From Chloroflexota bacterium (GTDB lineage: Bacteria > Chloroflexota > Anaerolineae > Aggregatilineales > UBA3940): a stretch of DNA of 64,000 bases. Positions within the stretch are counted from its first letter, which is position 1. Every line of letters starts with the position of its first letter. This document shows, piece by piece, positions 37,201 through 45,267 of the stretch. The notes under the pieces are model-generated. The model saw nothing but the letters and a program-made list of their open reading frames with translations, made no database searches and was not told the origin of the DNA. The translations under genes were made by a program, and so were the position numbers. Where the stretch lies: positions 106,869-170,868 of the forward strand of contig JAZIGM010000053.1 in assembly GCA_036679085.1 (NCBI GenBank), written 5' to 3'.

Positions 37201-37336
37201 TCCACAGATGACACAGATAGCACAGATGAAGGGGGTATCCACGAATGGCACGAATGACACGAATAAAAACATTAGTGCCATTCGTGTCATTTGTGGACAA
37301 ACCTTTTAATCCGTGCCATCTGTGAAATCTGTGGAC
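37201..37336. repeat. ~135-bp nested palindrome built from CACAGATG and CACGAATG 8-9-mers
   Basis: TCCACAGATGACACAGATAGCACAGATG...CCACGAATGGCACGAATGACACGAAT-loop-GCCATTCGTGTCATTTGTGGAC-AACCTTTTAATCC-GTGCCATCTGTGAAATCTGTGGAC. Starts 6 nt after the stop at 37195. Confidence 0.9.
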
Positions 37337-37371
37337 AAAAACAAAACGACCCGGGCACGCGCCTCGGGTCG
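37337..37371 (-). terminator. Intrinsic terminator of tmRNA
   Basis: On the minus strand, CGACCCG-loop-CGGGTCG is followed by TTTTGTTTTT, 8 nt after the tmRNA 3' end. Confidence 0.8.
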
Positions 37372-37378
37372 CTGACAG

Positions 37379-37767
37379 TGGAGCCGGGGAGAATCGAACT
37401 CCCGTCCAGAAAGTTCGCGCCCTCACGTCTACGAGCGTAGCCGGTTTATTGCATGTTTCGCCCCGCCCCGCGCCAACCGGCAGGCTCGGCTGGGGGCTAG
37501 TCTCCCTTTTGGTCTTAGGTGCTGCCCGGAGACCGGCGAGCACCGCACCAGCGCCTTTATGACGCCCGGAACTCAGCCGACGCTGTCAAACTGAGGCGGA
37601 CGTGACCCCTCGCAAGGGGTCAGCTTGGCTTAGGCTACTTACGCAGCCATCGCCAGAGCAGGTGTCTGCTCGTTGGCATTTATTGTTTTGCACTTTGATC
37701 ACGGAGTCCAGTGCGCTCCGGCTCGCAGTGAGTTTGCATCCCTCCCTGTCGAAGCCATTACGGCCCC
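37379..37767 (-). ncRNA. ssrA: tmRNA (SsrA), tag peptide ANEQTPALAMAA
   Basis: 5' GGGGCCGTAATGGCTTCGACAGGGAGG. 3' GGACGGGAGTTCGATTCTCCCCGGCTCCA with G3-U70 in the acceptor stem. Tag reading frame GCC AAC GAG CAG ACA CCT GCT CTG GCG ATG GCT GCG TAA at 37677-37639. Confidence 0.93.
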
Positions 37768-37946
37768 ATGCGAAACCATTATACATGATCTGCCTGTGCA
37801 GTGCCAGTCAGCACGCATCTCGGTGCGCGTTCTTATGCTGTATTTACGCCGCGCGGCGGGGGATGGTTGCATGGGGCGGCAGCCCTGACGCTTGCGAGGC
37901 TGTCCGCACGGCACTTTTGCCGCTGCGACCCCCCTCCTGTCCCGCC

Positions 37947-38046
37947 GCCTGCGGCTGCAGCCCTTCCTCCCCTTGCAAGGGGGAGGTTATGTGACATGGA
38001 TCGAATCGCCCCCTAGCAGGGGGAGATGCCGCTGCTTCGCAGCGGC
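37947..38046. repeat. Cluster of hairpin repeats (CCTCCCCTTGCAAGGGGGAGG; CCCCCTAGCAGGGGG; GCCGCTGCTTCGCAGCGGC)
   Basis: The first unit plus its GCCTGCGGCTGCAGCCCTTCC prefix recurs at 42711-42751. A TTATGTGAC module follows. Confidence 0.8.
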
Positions 38047-38215
38047 AGAGGGGGTGCAGAGCGGTTGAGCTTCAACCTCACCCCACAGCCGACGCCCCTC
38101 GCATTGTCATCCCCCCGGGCACGTGCTAAACTGGCGCCATTACAGGTGCGCGCACGCCGGCACCCGCCATCAGCGGCGGCGCGCGTTGGTCAACCTCCGA
38201 GGGGGAGTCTCCGCA

Positions 38216-40228
38216 ATGCCATTCCGTGACACCTACTGGAACATACCCGACTGGGCGATTACGCTGCTCTATGCCACACAGGCGCTCGGCCTGATCGTGC
38301 TGCTCGGCAAGCTGTGGCTGCGGCGTAATATGTGGTACAAGGGCGAGGGCAAGCTGCCCACCGATCGCTTCTGGGAGCGGCTGCGCCGCGTATTCAAATA
38401 CGCGGTGGCGCAGGTGCGCATCCTGCGCGAGAACTACAGCGGCATCATGCACATGTCGATCTTCCTCTCGCTGATCGTGCTGTTCATCGGCACGGCGCTG
38501 GCCACCATCGACTACGACATCTTCGTGCTGCTGTTCGACGCGAAGCTGCTCCAGGGCGATTTTTACCTCGTCTACGAGCTGGTGCTGGACTTTGTCACCC
38601 TGATCGGCATCTTCGGGTTGGCGCTGGCCCTGGGGCGCCGTGCCACATTCCGCCCCAACCGCCTGACGTATAGCTTCGGCTTCCAGGCGATGCTGTGGAT
38701 CCTGCTCATCGACCTGCTGAGCGGCCTGCTGATCGAGTCCTTCCGGCTGGCCGTGGTGCAGCCGCCCTGGCAGACATGGTCTTTTGCGGGGTACGCCGTC
38801 AGCCGCCTGTGGGTGCTGTTCGGCGTGAACGAGGCGACACTGCAAACCGCCCACCTTGCCACGTGGATCTTCCACTTCTCGCTGACCGCCGTCATCTACG
38901 CCGTCTTCCTCGACCTCCCGCTCAAGCACATCATCTACTCGCCGCTCAACGTGTTCTTCTCATCCTTCCGCGAGCCAGGGGCGCTGCGCCCGCTCGATCT
39001 GGAGGATGAAACGGTCGAGGTCTTTGGTGCGCGGGATATCCAGCACTTCAGCGTGATGCAGCTTCTCGACGGCGACGCCTGCACCGAATGCGGGCGCTGC
39101 CAGGCCGCCTGCCCGGCGTGGATGGCGGGGACGCCGCTCAACCCGAAGGAGGTCGTCCTCGACATCCGCCGTGCGCTGGACCATTACGGGCCGGTGCTGC
39201 GGCGGCCCGGCTCAGGCGACGGCCTGCCCGAGATGCCCGTCACGCGGGAGTTCGTCAGCGAGGACGCGCTGTGGGCCTGCACGACCTGCCGGGCCTGCGT
39301 GTACGAGTGCCCGGTGCTCATCGAGCATGTCGACTCGATTGTGGACATGCGCCGCTACCTCGTGCTGATGGAAGGCGACATGCCCGACTTGCTCGGCAAC
39401 GCGATGATGCAGGCCGAGCGCGCCGGCAACCCCTGGGGCAACCCGCGCGGCACCCGCCTCGACTGGGCCAGCGGGCTTAACGTGCCGGTGATGGCCAAGA
39501 AGAAAAAGGCCGATGTGCTGTACTGGGTCGGGTGCGCAGGCGCGTACGACCCGGAGAGCCAGAAGACCGCGCGGGCGATGGTCAAGATCTTCGAGGCGGC
39601 GGGCATCGACTACGCCGTGCTCGGCGACGAGGAGCGCTGCAACTGCGAGTGGGCGCGCCGCGCCGGGAACGAGTACCTGTACCAGGAGGCCACGCACTCC
39701 AACATCGCCGTGTTTGACCAGTACGAGTTCCAGACCATCGTCACGCACTGCCCGCACTGCTTCAACACGTTCGCCAACGAGTACCCGCAGTTCGGCGGCC
39801 ATTATGATGTAGTGCACCACAGCACGTACATCACGCGGCTGATCAACGACGGGCATCTCAAGCTGACAAAGCCGATCAAGGAACTGACGACGTACCACGA
39901 CTCGTGCTACCTGGGCCGCTACAACGAGGTCTATGATGACCCGCGCAGCGCGCTGATCCAGGTGCAGGATATTGAACTGGTGGAGATGCCGCGCAGCCGC
40001 GACCGGGGCCTGTGCTGCGGCGGTGGAGGCGCGCAGGTGTGGTTCGAGACGCACCAGCCAAGGCCCGTCAACGAGATGCGGCTGGAAGAGGCGATCAGCA
40101 CCGGCGCGCAGTCGATCTCGACGGCCTGCCCGTTCTGCACCATCATGCTGTCGTCGGCGGCGCAGAGCAAGGGCGAGAACATCCCCGTGCGCGACCTCGC
40201 GGTGGTGGTCGCGGAGGCTCTGGGGTGA
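38216..40228 (+). CDS. Membrane-anchored Fe-S oxidoreductase (NarI-like TM domain fused to HdrD/GlpC-like 2x[4Fe-4S] plus two CCG domains)
   Basis: ATG 38216 behind GAGGGGGA. About 6 TM segments, then CTECGRCQAACP and CTTCRACVYECP ferredoxin motifs, and the Cys-rich CCG signature ...GLCCGGGG. Confidence 0.85.
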   Translation: MPFRDTYWNIPDWAITLLYATQALGLIVLLGKLWLRRNMWYKGEGKLPTDRFWERLRRVFKYAVAQVRILRENYSGIMHMSIFLSLIVLFIGTALATIDYDIFVLLFDAKLLQGDFYLVYELVLDFVTLIGIFGLALALGRRATFRPNRLTYSFGFQAMLWILLIDLLSGLLIESFRLAVVQPPWQTWSFAGYAVSRLWVLFGVNEATLQTAHLATWIFHFSLTAVIYAVFLDLPLKHIIYSPLNVFFSSFREPGALRPLDLEDETVEVFGARDIQHFSVMQLLDGDACTECGRCQAACPAWMAGTPLNPKEVVLDIRRALDHYGPVLRRPGSGDGLPEMPVTREFVSEDALWACTTCRACVYECPVLIEHVDSIVDMRRYLVLMEGDMPDLLGNAMMQAERAGNPWGNPRGTRLDWASGLNVPVMAKKKKADVLYWVGCAGAYDPESQKTARAMVKIFEAAGIDYAVLGDEERCNCEWARRAGNEYLYQEATHSNIAVFDQYEFQTIVTHCPHCFNTFANEYPQFGGHYDVVHHSTYITRLINDGHLKLTKPIKELTTYHDSCYLGRYNEVYDDPRSALIQVQDIELVEMPRSRDRGLCCGGGGAQVWFETHQPRPVNEMRLEEAISTGAQSISTACPFCTIMLSSAAQSKGENIPVRDLAVVVAEALG

Positions 40229-40887
40229 GATCGCTGGCGGCGCTCGCCCTCGCCGCGCTTCTGCTGACGGCCTGCGGGGGCGCGCTGACCGGTCCGCCGC
40301 CCCGCCCGACGGTCGCCGTCGTCACGGCGGAAGGGCCGTACTTCACCGCGTTTGACAGCGCGGACGACTGGCTGGTCGGCGGCAGCGAGCGCAGCAGCGG
40401 CGCGGTGATCGACGGCGTGTACCGGCTGGCCATCGAGGAGCCGGGCATCATCGCCTGGACGCGCCAGACGCGCGCCTTTGGCGACGGGGTCTACGAGGTG
40501 GACGCCCAGCTTGTCAGCGGGCCGGAGGCCAGCGCCTTCGGCCTGCTGTTGATGGGCTCCAGCGACCTCCAGTCGTTCGTCTACGCGATGATCACCGGGG
40601 ATGGCCGCTATGATGTTGGCTACTGCGAGCGGGCCTGCCAGACGCATGAGTCGCTCGTCGGCGGCTTCACGCTCAGCCATGCGATCCTCGTGGACTACCA
40701 GCCCAATCACCTGCGCGTTGAGCTCCGCAACGGCGAGTTGACCTTCAGTGTGAACGGCACGCCGGTCGCAACGGTCCAGGGCATCCAGACCGGGAAGGGG
40801 CTGGTGGGCTTCATCGGCGAGAGCGGGGCCTACGCCGGGTTCGAGGCGTCGTTTGACAACCTGCAGATCACGCCGAGTGAGGGGTGA
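40225..40887 (+). CDS. Lipoprotein, jelly-roll/LamG-like (DUF1080-like), unknown function
   Basis: GTG 40225 overlaps the upstream stop (GTGA). Lipobox LLLTAC/GG. ...FGLLLMGSSDLQSFVYAMITGDGRYDV...GLVGFIGESGAYAGFEASFDNLQI. Confidence 0.65.
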   Translation: MRSLAALALAALLLTACGGALTGPPPRPTVAVVTAEGPYFTAFDSADDWLVGGSERSSGAVIDGVYRLAIEEPGIIAWTRQTRAFGDGVYEVDAQLVSGPEASAFGLLLMGSSDLQSFVYAMITGDGRYDVGYCERACQTHESLVGGFTLSHAILVDYQPNHLRVELRNGELTFSVNGTPVATVQGIQTGKGLVGFIGESGAYAGFEASFDNLQITPSEG

Positions 40888-40894
40888 GGGGCAG

Positions 40895-40957
40895 ACCCCC
40901 ACCCCGCACTGCAGGGCGGAGGGGGTTCTGGAGCCGCGAAGTTCATTTGCGGCGGGA
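40895..40957. repeat. GGAGGGGGTTC plus GGAGCCGCGAAGTTCATTTGCGGCGG repeat modules
   Basis: Same two modules are adjacent at 21575-21613. Confidence 0.8.
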
Positions 40958-41013
40958 GCTTATATAACACATTCACGGCCACGCCTGCGCAACACCCGGC
41001 GTGGCCGCACCTT

Positions 41014-42171
41014 TCACTCATAATCCACGTGGAAGCCCCTCGCCCGCAACTCCGTGGATGAGATGTCCACGCGGAAGTCGTCCTCGGACAGCCCGCTGAA
41101 CATCCCCTCGAAGCCCGGCGGGATGTCCAGATCGGCCACAGTGCGGAACCTGCCGCCGACCTCCCGCCCGGCAATGAAGAAGTCGCAGCCCGCCTCGCGC
41201 ACCTCGGCGAGCGCCGCCAGCATCTCGGCGGGGTCGCCGCCGTAGTACTTCGGATCGATGAGCCGCACCGCCGTGTCGTACCCGATGACAAACGTGCAGC
41301 CGGGGAAGAGCCGCGCCTTGTGCCGGTAGAGCGGGGCACATGTCAGCACGACGCGGCGCTTCTCCCACGCGAACTGCTCCAGCCGCTCGCAGATCTCCTC
41401 GACCGTCAGCGTGGGCTTGTCCACGTTCTTCACCGAGAGTTCATACACCACCGGCCTGCCCAGCCGCGCCTCGGCGATACGGGCGAGGTGGACGTGCGCG
41501 TGGTGCAGCGGGTTGAACGAGCCGGGCAACAGCGCCGCGCGGATAGGCTCGTCGGCGGCGAAGACGCCCGGCCCGTAGAAGGTCAGCTTGCCGACCTCGT
41601 CGGCGAGCAACCGCTCAAGCTGGCGATCTACACGGCTCTCGGTCTGCTCGATGTGCTCGCCATCTGCCAGCGGCACGGCGGGGGCGGGCAGTCCCGCCGC
41701 CTCACACAGCGCCGCCACAATCAGCGCACTGACGACGCGCTCCTCGCCCACCCGGTCGCGCAGGCCCTTCTGTAGCACGAGCGAGCGGGTCGCCACGCGC
41801 TCGCCGTCCCACACGGCGACGTGTGCGCGATGCTCGCCGCGCTTGGGCCGGTCGGTGGCGATGGTCGCGGTGCAGCCGACACCCAGCGTCGGGCTGCCCT
41901 CGCCCACGCGGAAGCGCCGCGCCCGTGCGTAGGCCGCCGCCGCCAGCGACTCCGCCATCCCGGCGTTGACGGCCTGCATCACCTCCCAGCCGAGGTAGTT
42001 CACCATGGCCCGCTCGCCGTAGGGCACGACGGCCTCAAGCACCGTGCGGGAGGCACCGGCCACGCCGAGCAGCCAGCGCACAGCCTCGACGCCCGCGCCC
42101 GCCACAACGAGCGCGGCCATGGCCGGGGTGTCATGCAGACGCTGGATAGCGGCTTGAAGGTCGGGGTTCAT
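41014..42171 (-). CDS. CinA-C/PncC-like domain fused to a cytidylyltransferase-fold (NadD-like) nucleotidyltransferase
   Basis: 385 aa. N-terminal half resembles the CinA C-terminal domain. C-terminal half has GSFNPLHHAHVHLA, the (H/T)xGH nucleotidyltransferase motif. Confidence 0.65.
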   Translation of the reverse strand: MNPDLQAAIQRLHDTPAMAALVVAGAGVEAVRWLLGVAGASRTVLEAVVPYGERAMVNYLGWEVMQAVNAGMAESLAAAAYARARRFRVGEGSPTLGVGCTATIATDRPKRGEHRAHVAVWDGERVATRSLVLQKGLRDRVGEERVVSALIVAALCEAAGLPAPAVPLADGEHIEQTESRVDRQLERLLADEVGKLTFYGPGVFAADEPIRAALLPGSFNPLHHAHVHLARIAEARLGRPVVYELSVKNVDKPTLTVEEICERLEQFAWEKRRVVLTCAPLYRHKARLFPGCTFVIGYDTAVRLIDPKYYGGDPAEMLAALAEVREAGCDFFIAGREVGGRFRTVADLDIPPGFEGMFSGLSEDDFRVDISSTELRARGFHVDYE

Positions 42172-42192
42172 CGGGCGCGGGTGAGCGCGGCG

Positions 42193-42579
42193 CTACGGCT
42201 TCACCGCGACGGCTTCGATCTCGACGAGGCCGCCGAGCGGCAGTTCCTTCACCGCTACCGCCGAGCGCGCAGGGTACGGCGGCTCGAAGAACGTCGCGTA
42301 GACCTCGTTCATCGCCTTGAAGTTCGCCATGTCGCTGAGGAAAACGGTCGTCTTGACCACGTGCGCGAGGTCGGTGCCCGCCGCTTCGAGCACGGCACGC
42401 AGGTTCTCCAGCGCGCGGCGGGTCTGTGCCTGCACATCGTCGGAGACGAACTGCCCGGTCTGCGGGTCCACGCCGAGTTGCCCGGCGGTAAAGACGAAAT
42501 CACCGACGACGTTGGCCTGCGAGTACGGGCCGACGGCAGCCGGTGCATTCGCCGTGGTGATGGCTTGCTTCTCTGGCAT
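42193..42579 (-). CDS. RidA/YjgF-family reactive-intermediate deaminase
   Basis: 128 aa: APAAVGPYSQANVVGDFVFTAGQLG...LVEIEAVA. Confidence 0.92.
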   Translation of the reverse strand: MPEKQAITTANAPAAVGPYSQANVVGDFVFTAGQLGVDPQTGQFVSDDVQAQTRRALENLRAVLEAAGTDLAHVVKTTVFLSDMANFKAMNEVYATFFEPPYPARSAVAVKELPLGGLVEIEAVAVKP

Positions 42580-42710
42580 GTGGCTTGCTCCTTGCTGGTG
42601 TGGTTGGGTTCCAACCGGATTGTAAGGCCGGACGGCTGTGCAATCAAGGGGAGCAGGGCAGGATTGAAGTGAGGGCGTCAGGTTACTTCAGAACCCCCTC
42701 CTGGCCCGCA

Positions 42711-42803
42711 GCCTGCGACTGCGGCCCTTCCTCCCCCTTGCAAGGGGGAGGCGTAGAGCAATCGCAGGGCGATTTCTCACTGGCGGTTGGCTGCGCCAAC
42801 TGC
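42711..42803. repeat. Hairpin repeat cluster (GCCTGCGACTGCGGCCCTTCCTCCCCCTTGCAAGGGGGAGG; GGTTGGCTGCGCCAACTGC)
   Basis: Units shared with 37947-37986 and 21638-21658. Confidence 0.8.
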
Positions 42804-42944
42804 ACACCGAGCGGTGACGTAGTCACTGCGAGGTTAGGTGGGGGGTCAGCGGTGGTCAACACACAGGCCCCCTTATGCGACGACGCGGACGCTTGACAAG
42901 CCTTCCCGACTTGGCAGACCCCGCCGCTGGGGTATACTCGCGGC

Positions 42945-44573
42945 ATGACAGACTCACCCGACCTCGCTCCAGCCGAAAGCCAGCCCGCCAGCCGCGCCCT
43001 CTCCAGCCGGCAGATCGCCCGCGCCGCCGGGCTGGTGATGATCGGTTTTGCCCTCAGCCGCCTGCTGGGCCTCCTCCGCGCCTCGATCCTCGCCGGTGTG
43101 TTCGGCGCGGACCGCGCCTATGAGGCGTTCGTCGTTGCGCTGCAGGTGCCCGATACCATCTTCTTTGTGATCGCGGGCGGGGCTATCGGCTCCGCCTTTA
43201 TCCCGACCTTCACCGACTACCTCGCCGAGGGCCGCGTGAAGGAAGGCTGGCGCATGGCCAGCTCGGTGATCAACCTGCTGATCCTCGGGCTTGTCGTCGT
43301 CGCCGGGCTGACGGCGCTGTTTGCCGGGCCGATTGTGCGCTACGTCATCGCGCCCGGCTTCGACGCGGAGGCGACCGCGCTCACCGTGCGGCTGATGCGC
43401 ATCATGCTCATCTCGCCCATCGTGTTCGGCATCAGCGGGCTGCAGATGGGCGTGCTGAACGCGCACCAGCGCTTCCTGCTGCCCGCGCTCGCCCCGTCGA
43501 TGTACTCCATCGGCATCATCATCGGTGCGGTAGTCATCGCCCCGCTCTTCGACATCGGCATTTTCGGCGCGGCGTGGGGCGTGGTGCTCGGCGCGGTGCT
43601 GCATCTCGGCGTGCAGGTGCCCGGCCTGCTGAAGCTGCGCGCCCCGTACCATCTGCTCATCGACGTGACCGACCCCGGCGTGCGTGAGGTCGCCCGGCTG
43701 ATGGGGCCGCGCGTGCTGGGGCAGGCCATCGTGCAGGTCAACTTCTGGGTGAACAAGGCGCTGGCCTCCGGCATGGTCGAAGGAAGCCTGGCGGCGCTCG
43801 ACCGGGCCTGGTACGTGATGATGCTGCCGCAGGGCCTGATCGCGCAGTCGGTGGCGACGGTCGTCTTCCCGACGTTCGCGGCCCAGGTCGCGGCGGAGGA
43901 CACGGCGGCGCTGCGCCGCACGCTCGGGCAGGTGCTGCGCTCGGTGCTGTTCCTCGCCATCCCGGCGACGGTGGGCCTGATCGTGCTGCGGTTGCCCATC
44001 GTCCGGCTGATCTACGAGCATGGCGATTTCAGTGCGGCGGACAGCGAGGCGGTATCGTGGGCGCTACTGTTCTTCGGGCTGGGGCTGATCGCGCACTCGC
44101 TCGTCGAGATCGTGACGCGGGCCTTCTACGCGATGCATGACACCCGCACGCCGGTGCTTATCGGCGGTGCGGCGATGCTGCTGAACGTCGTGCTGAGCTT
44201 CACGCTGATCCGGTTCATCGGCGACAGCGGATCGCTGGTGCGCGGCCCGTTCGCGGGGCTGGCGCTGGCAAACACCATCGCCACGACGCTGGAGGCGGCG
44301 CTGCTGCTGGCGCTGGTCGGCCCGCGTGTGGGCGGGCTGGAGGGGCAGCGCTTCGCGGCGAGCATGGCGCGTGCAGGCCTCGCCAGCGGGGTGATGGCAC
44401 TCGCGCTGTGGGCGCTGATGCCTGTCAACAATGCGCTGGGGCAGTTCATCGGGCCGCTCGCCGTGATCGGCGCTGGCGCGGCGGTGTTCTGGGGCGCGGC
44501 CTGGCTGTTCGGCAGCGAGGAGGCGCGGCTGTTCACCGGCGCGGTGCTGCGGCGGCTGCGGCCTTCTGCTTGA
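42945..44573 (+). CDS. murJ: Lipid II flippase MurJ (MviN)
   Basis: 542 aa, about 14 TM segments, N-terminal ...GFALSRLLGLLRASILAGVFGA..AYEAFVVALQVPD typical of MurJ. Confidence 0.9.
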   Translation: MTDSPDLAPAESQPASRALSSRQIARAAGLVMIGFALSRLLGLLRASILAGVFGADRAYEAFVVALQVPDTIFFVIAGGAIGSAFIPTFTDYLAEGRVKEGWRMASSVINLLILGLVVVAGLTALFAGPIVRYVIAPGFDAEATALTVRLMRIMLISPIVFGISGLQMGVLNAHQRFLLPALAPSMYSIGIIIGAVVIAPLFDIGIFGAAWGVVLGAVLHLGVQVPGLLKLRAPYHLLIDVTDPGVREVARLMGPRVLGQAIVQVNFWVNKALASGMVEGSLAALDRAWYVMMLPQGLIAQSVATVVFPTFAAQVAAEDTAALRRTLGQVLRSVLFLAIPATVGLIVLRLPIVRLIYEHGDFSAADSEAVSWALLFFGLGLIAHSLVEIVTRAFYAMHDTRTPVLIGGAAMLLNVVLSFTLIRFIGDSGSLVRGPFAGLALANTIATTLEAALLLALVGPRVGGLEGQRFAASMARAGLASGVMALALWALMPVNNALGQFIGPLAVIGAGAAVFWGAAWLFGSEEARLFTGAVLRRLRPSA

Positions 44574-44590
44574 TTCGGCGGATGGATCAC

Positions 44591-44619
44591 GTAGGGGCGG
44601 GTCTGAGACCCGCCCCTAC
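44591..44619. repeat. GTAGGGGCGGGTCTGAGACCCGCCCCTAC hairpin
   Basis: Exact copy, 18 nt after the murJ stop. Confidence 0.9.
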
Positions 44620-44690
44620 CAGCCAACCGGACGGCCCTCCCCCTTCGCCACCGCTAGGCGCCCTCCGGACGCACGTCCGCCATAGGCGGA

Positions 44691-44780
44691 GGGGCGCCGT
44701 CCCCGCAGGAGACGGGAGTCCCGCAGGGACTTTGCGGGATAGCTTCGCTATCCCTTTTGGCCGGGCAATTCATTGCCCGG
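44691..44780 (+). repeat. Four-hairpin composite repeat (copy 2)
   Basis: GGGGCGCCGTCCCC...GTCCCGCAGGGAC-TTTGC-GGGATAGCTTCGCTATCCC-TTTTGG-CCGGGCAATTCATTGCCCGG; colinear with 15484-15566. Confidence 0.85.
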
Positions 44781-44787
44781 CCCCCCC

Positions 44788-45261
44788 TCACCTGAACATC
44801 GGCTGCACGGCGAATTTCCACAGCATCATCATGCCGACGCCGAAGGTAATCCCTGCCATAACCTCCATGCGGCTGTGCCCCAGCACTTCCTGAAACTGGA
44901 TCTGTGAGATGGGGTGGCCGCTTAGCAGTTCGGCGATCACCTGGTTGAGCGCCCGCGCGTGCTCCCCCGCGTGCCGGCGCACGCCCGCCGCGTCATACGT
45001 CACGATCATGGCAACCGCAATGGCGACCGCAAACGCGGCGGAGTTGAAGCCGTACTCGATGCCCACGCCCGTCGCAACAGCGCTGACAAGCGCTGCGTGC
45101 GAGCTGGGCAAACCGCCCGTCTCTGATATGTGATGCCAGTCAAACGACCGGGTCCGCAGGTAGTAGGTAAACGGCTTGAGGAACTGCGCCAGGCTCATCG
45201 TGAGCACGCTGATCCACAGAACGTCGTTGGAGATGAGGTCGCGGATGTACTCTCGAAGCAT
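44788..45261 (-). CDS. Divergent PAP2 (DUF212, acid phosphatase/vanadium-haloperoxidase-related) membrane protein
   Basis: 157 aa: ...LAQFLKPFTYY...GGLPSSHAALVSAVATGVG... Confidence 0.8.
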   Translation of the reverse strand: MLREYIRDLISNDVLWISVLTMSLAQFLKPFTYYLRTRSFDWHHISETGGLPSSHAALVSAVATGVGIEYGFNSAAFAVAIAVAMIVTYDAAGVRRHAGEHARALNQVIAELLSGHPISQIQFQEVLGHSRMEVMAGITFGVGMMMLWKFAVQPMFR

Positions 45262-45267
45262 GGGTAT

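Noticed and set aside
37201-37336. CACAGATG / CACGAATG arrays as a possible CRISPR array
   Set aside because: The units are 8-9 nt with no spacers and are arranged as inverted arms of a palindrome. There are no cas genes in the window.
37586-38016. Several 60-130-aa ORFs on both strands (37586-37786, 37602-37994, 37673-37888, 37699-37914, 37801-38016)
   Set aside because: They overlap the tmRNA gene or the repeat cluster that follows it. No RBS and no coding-like GC3.
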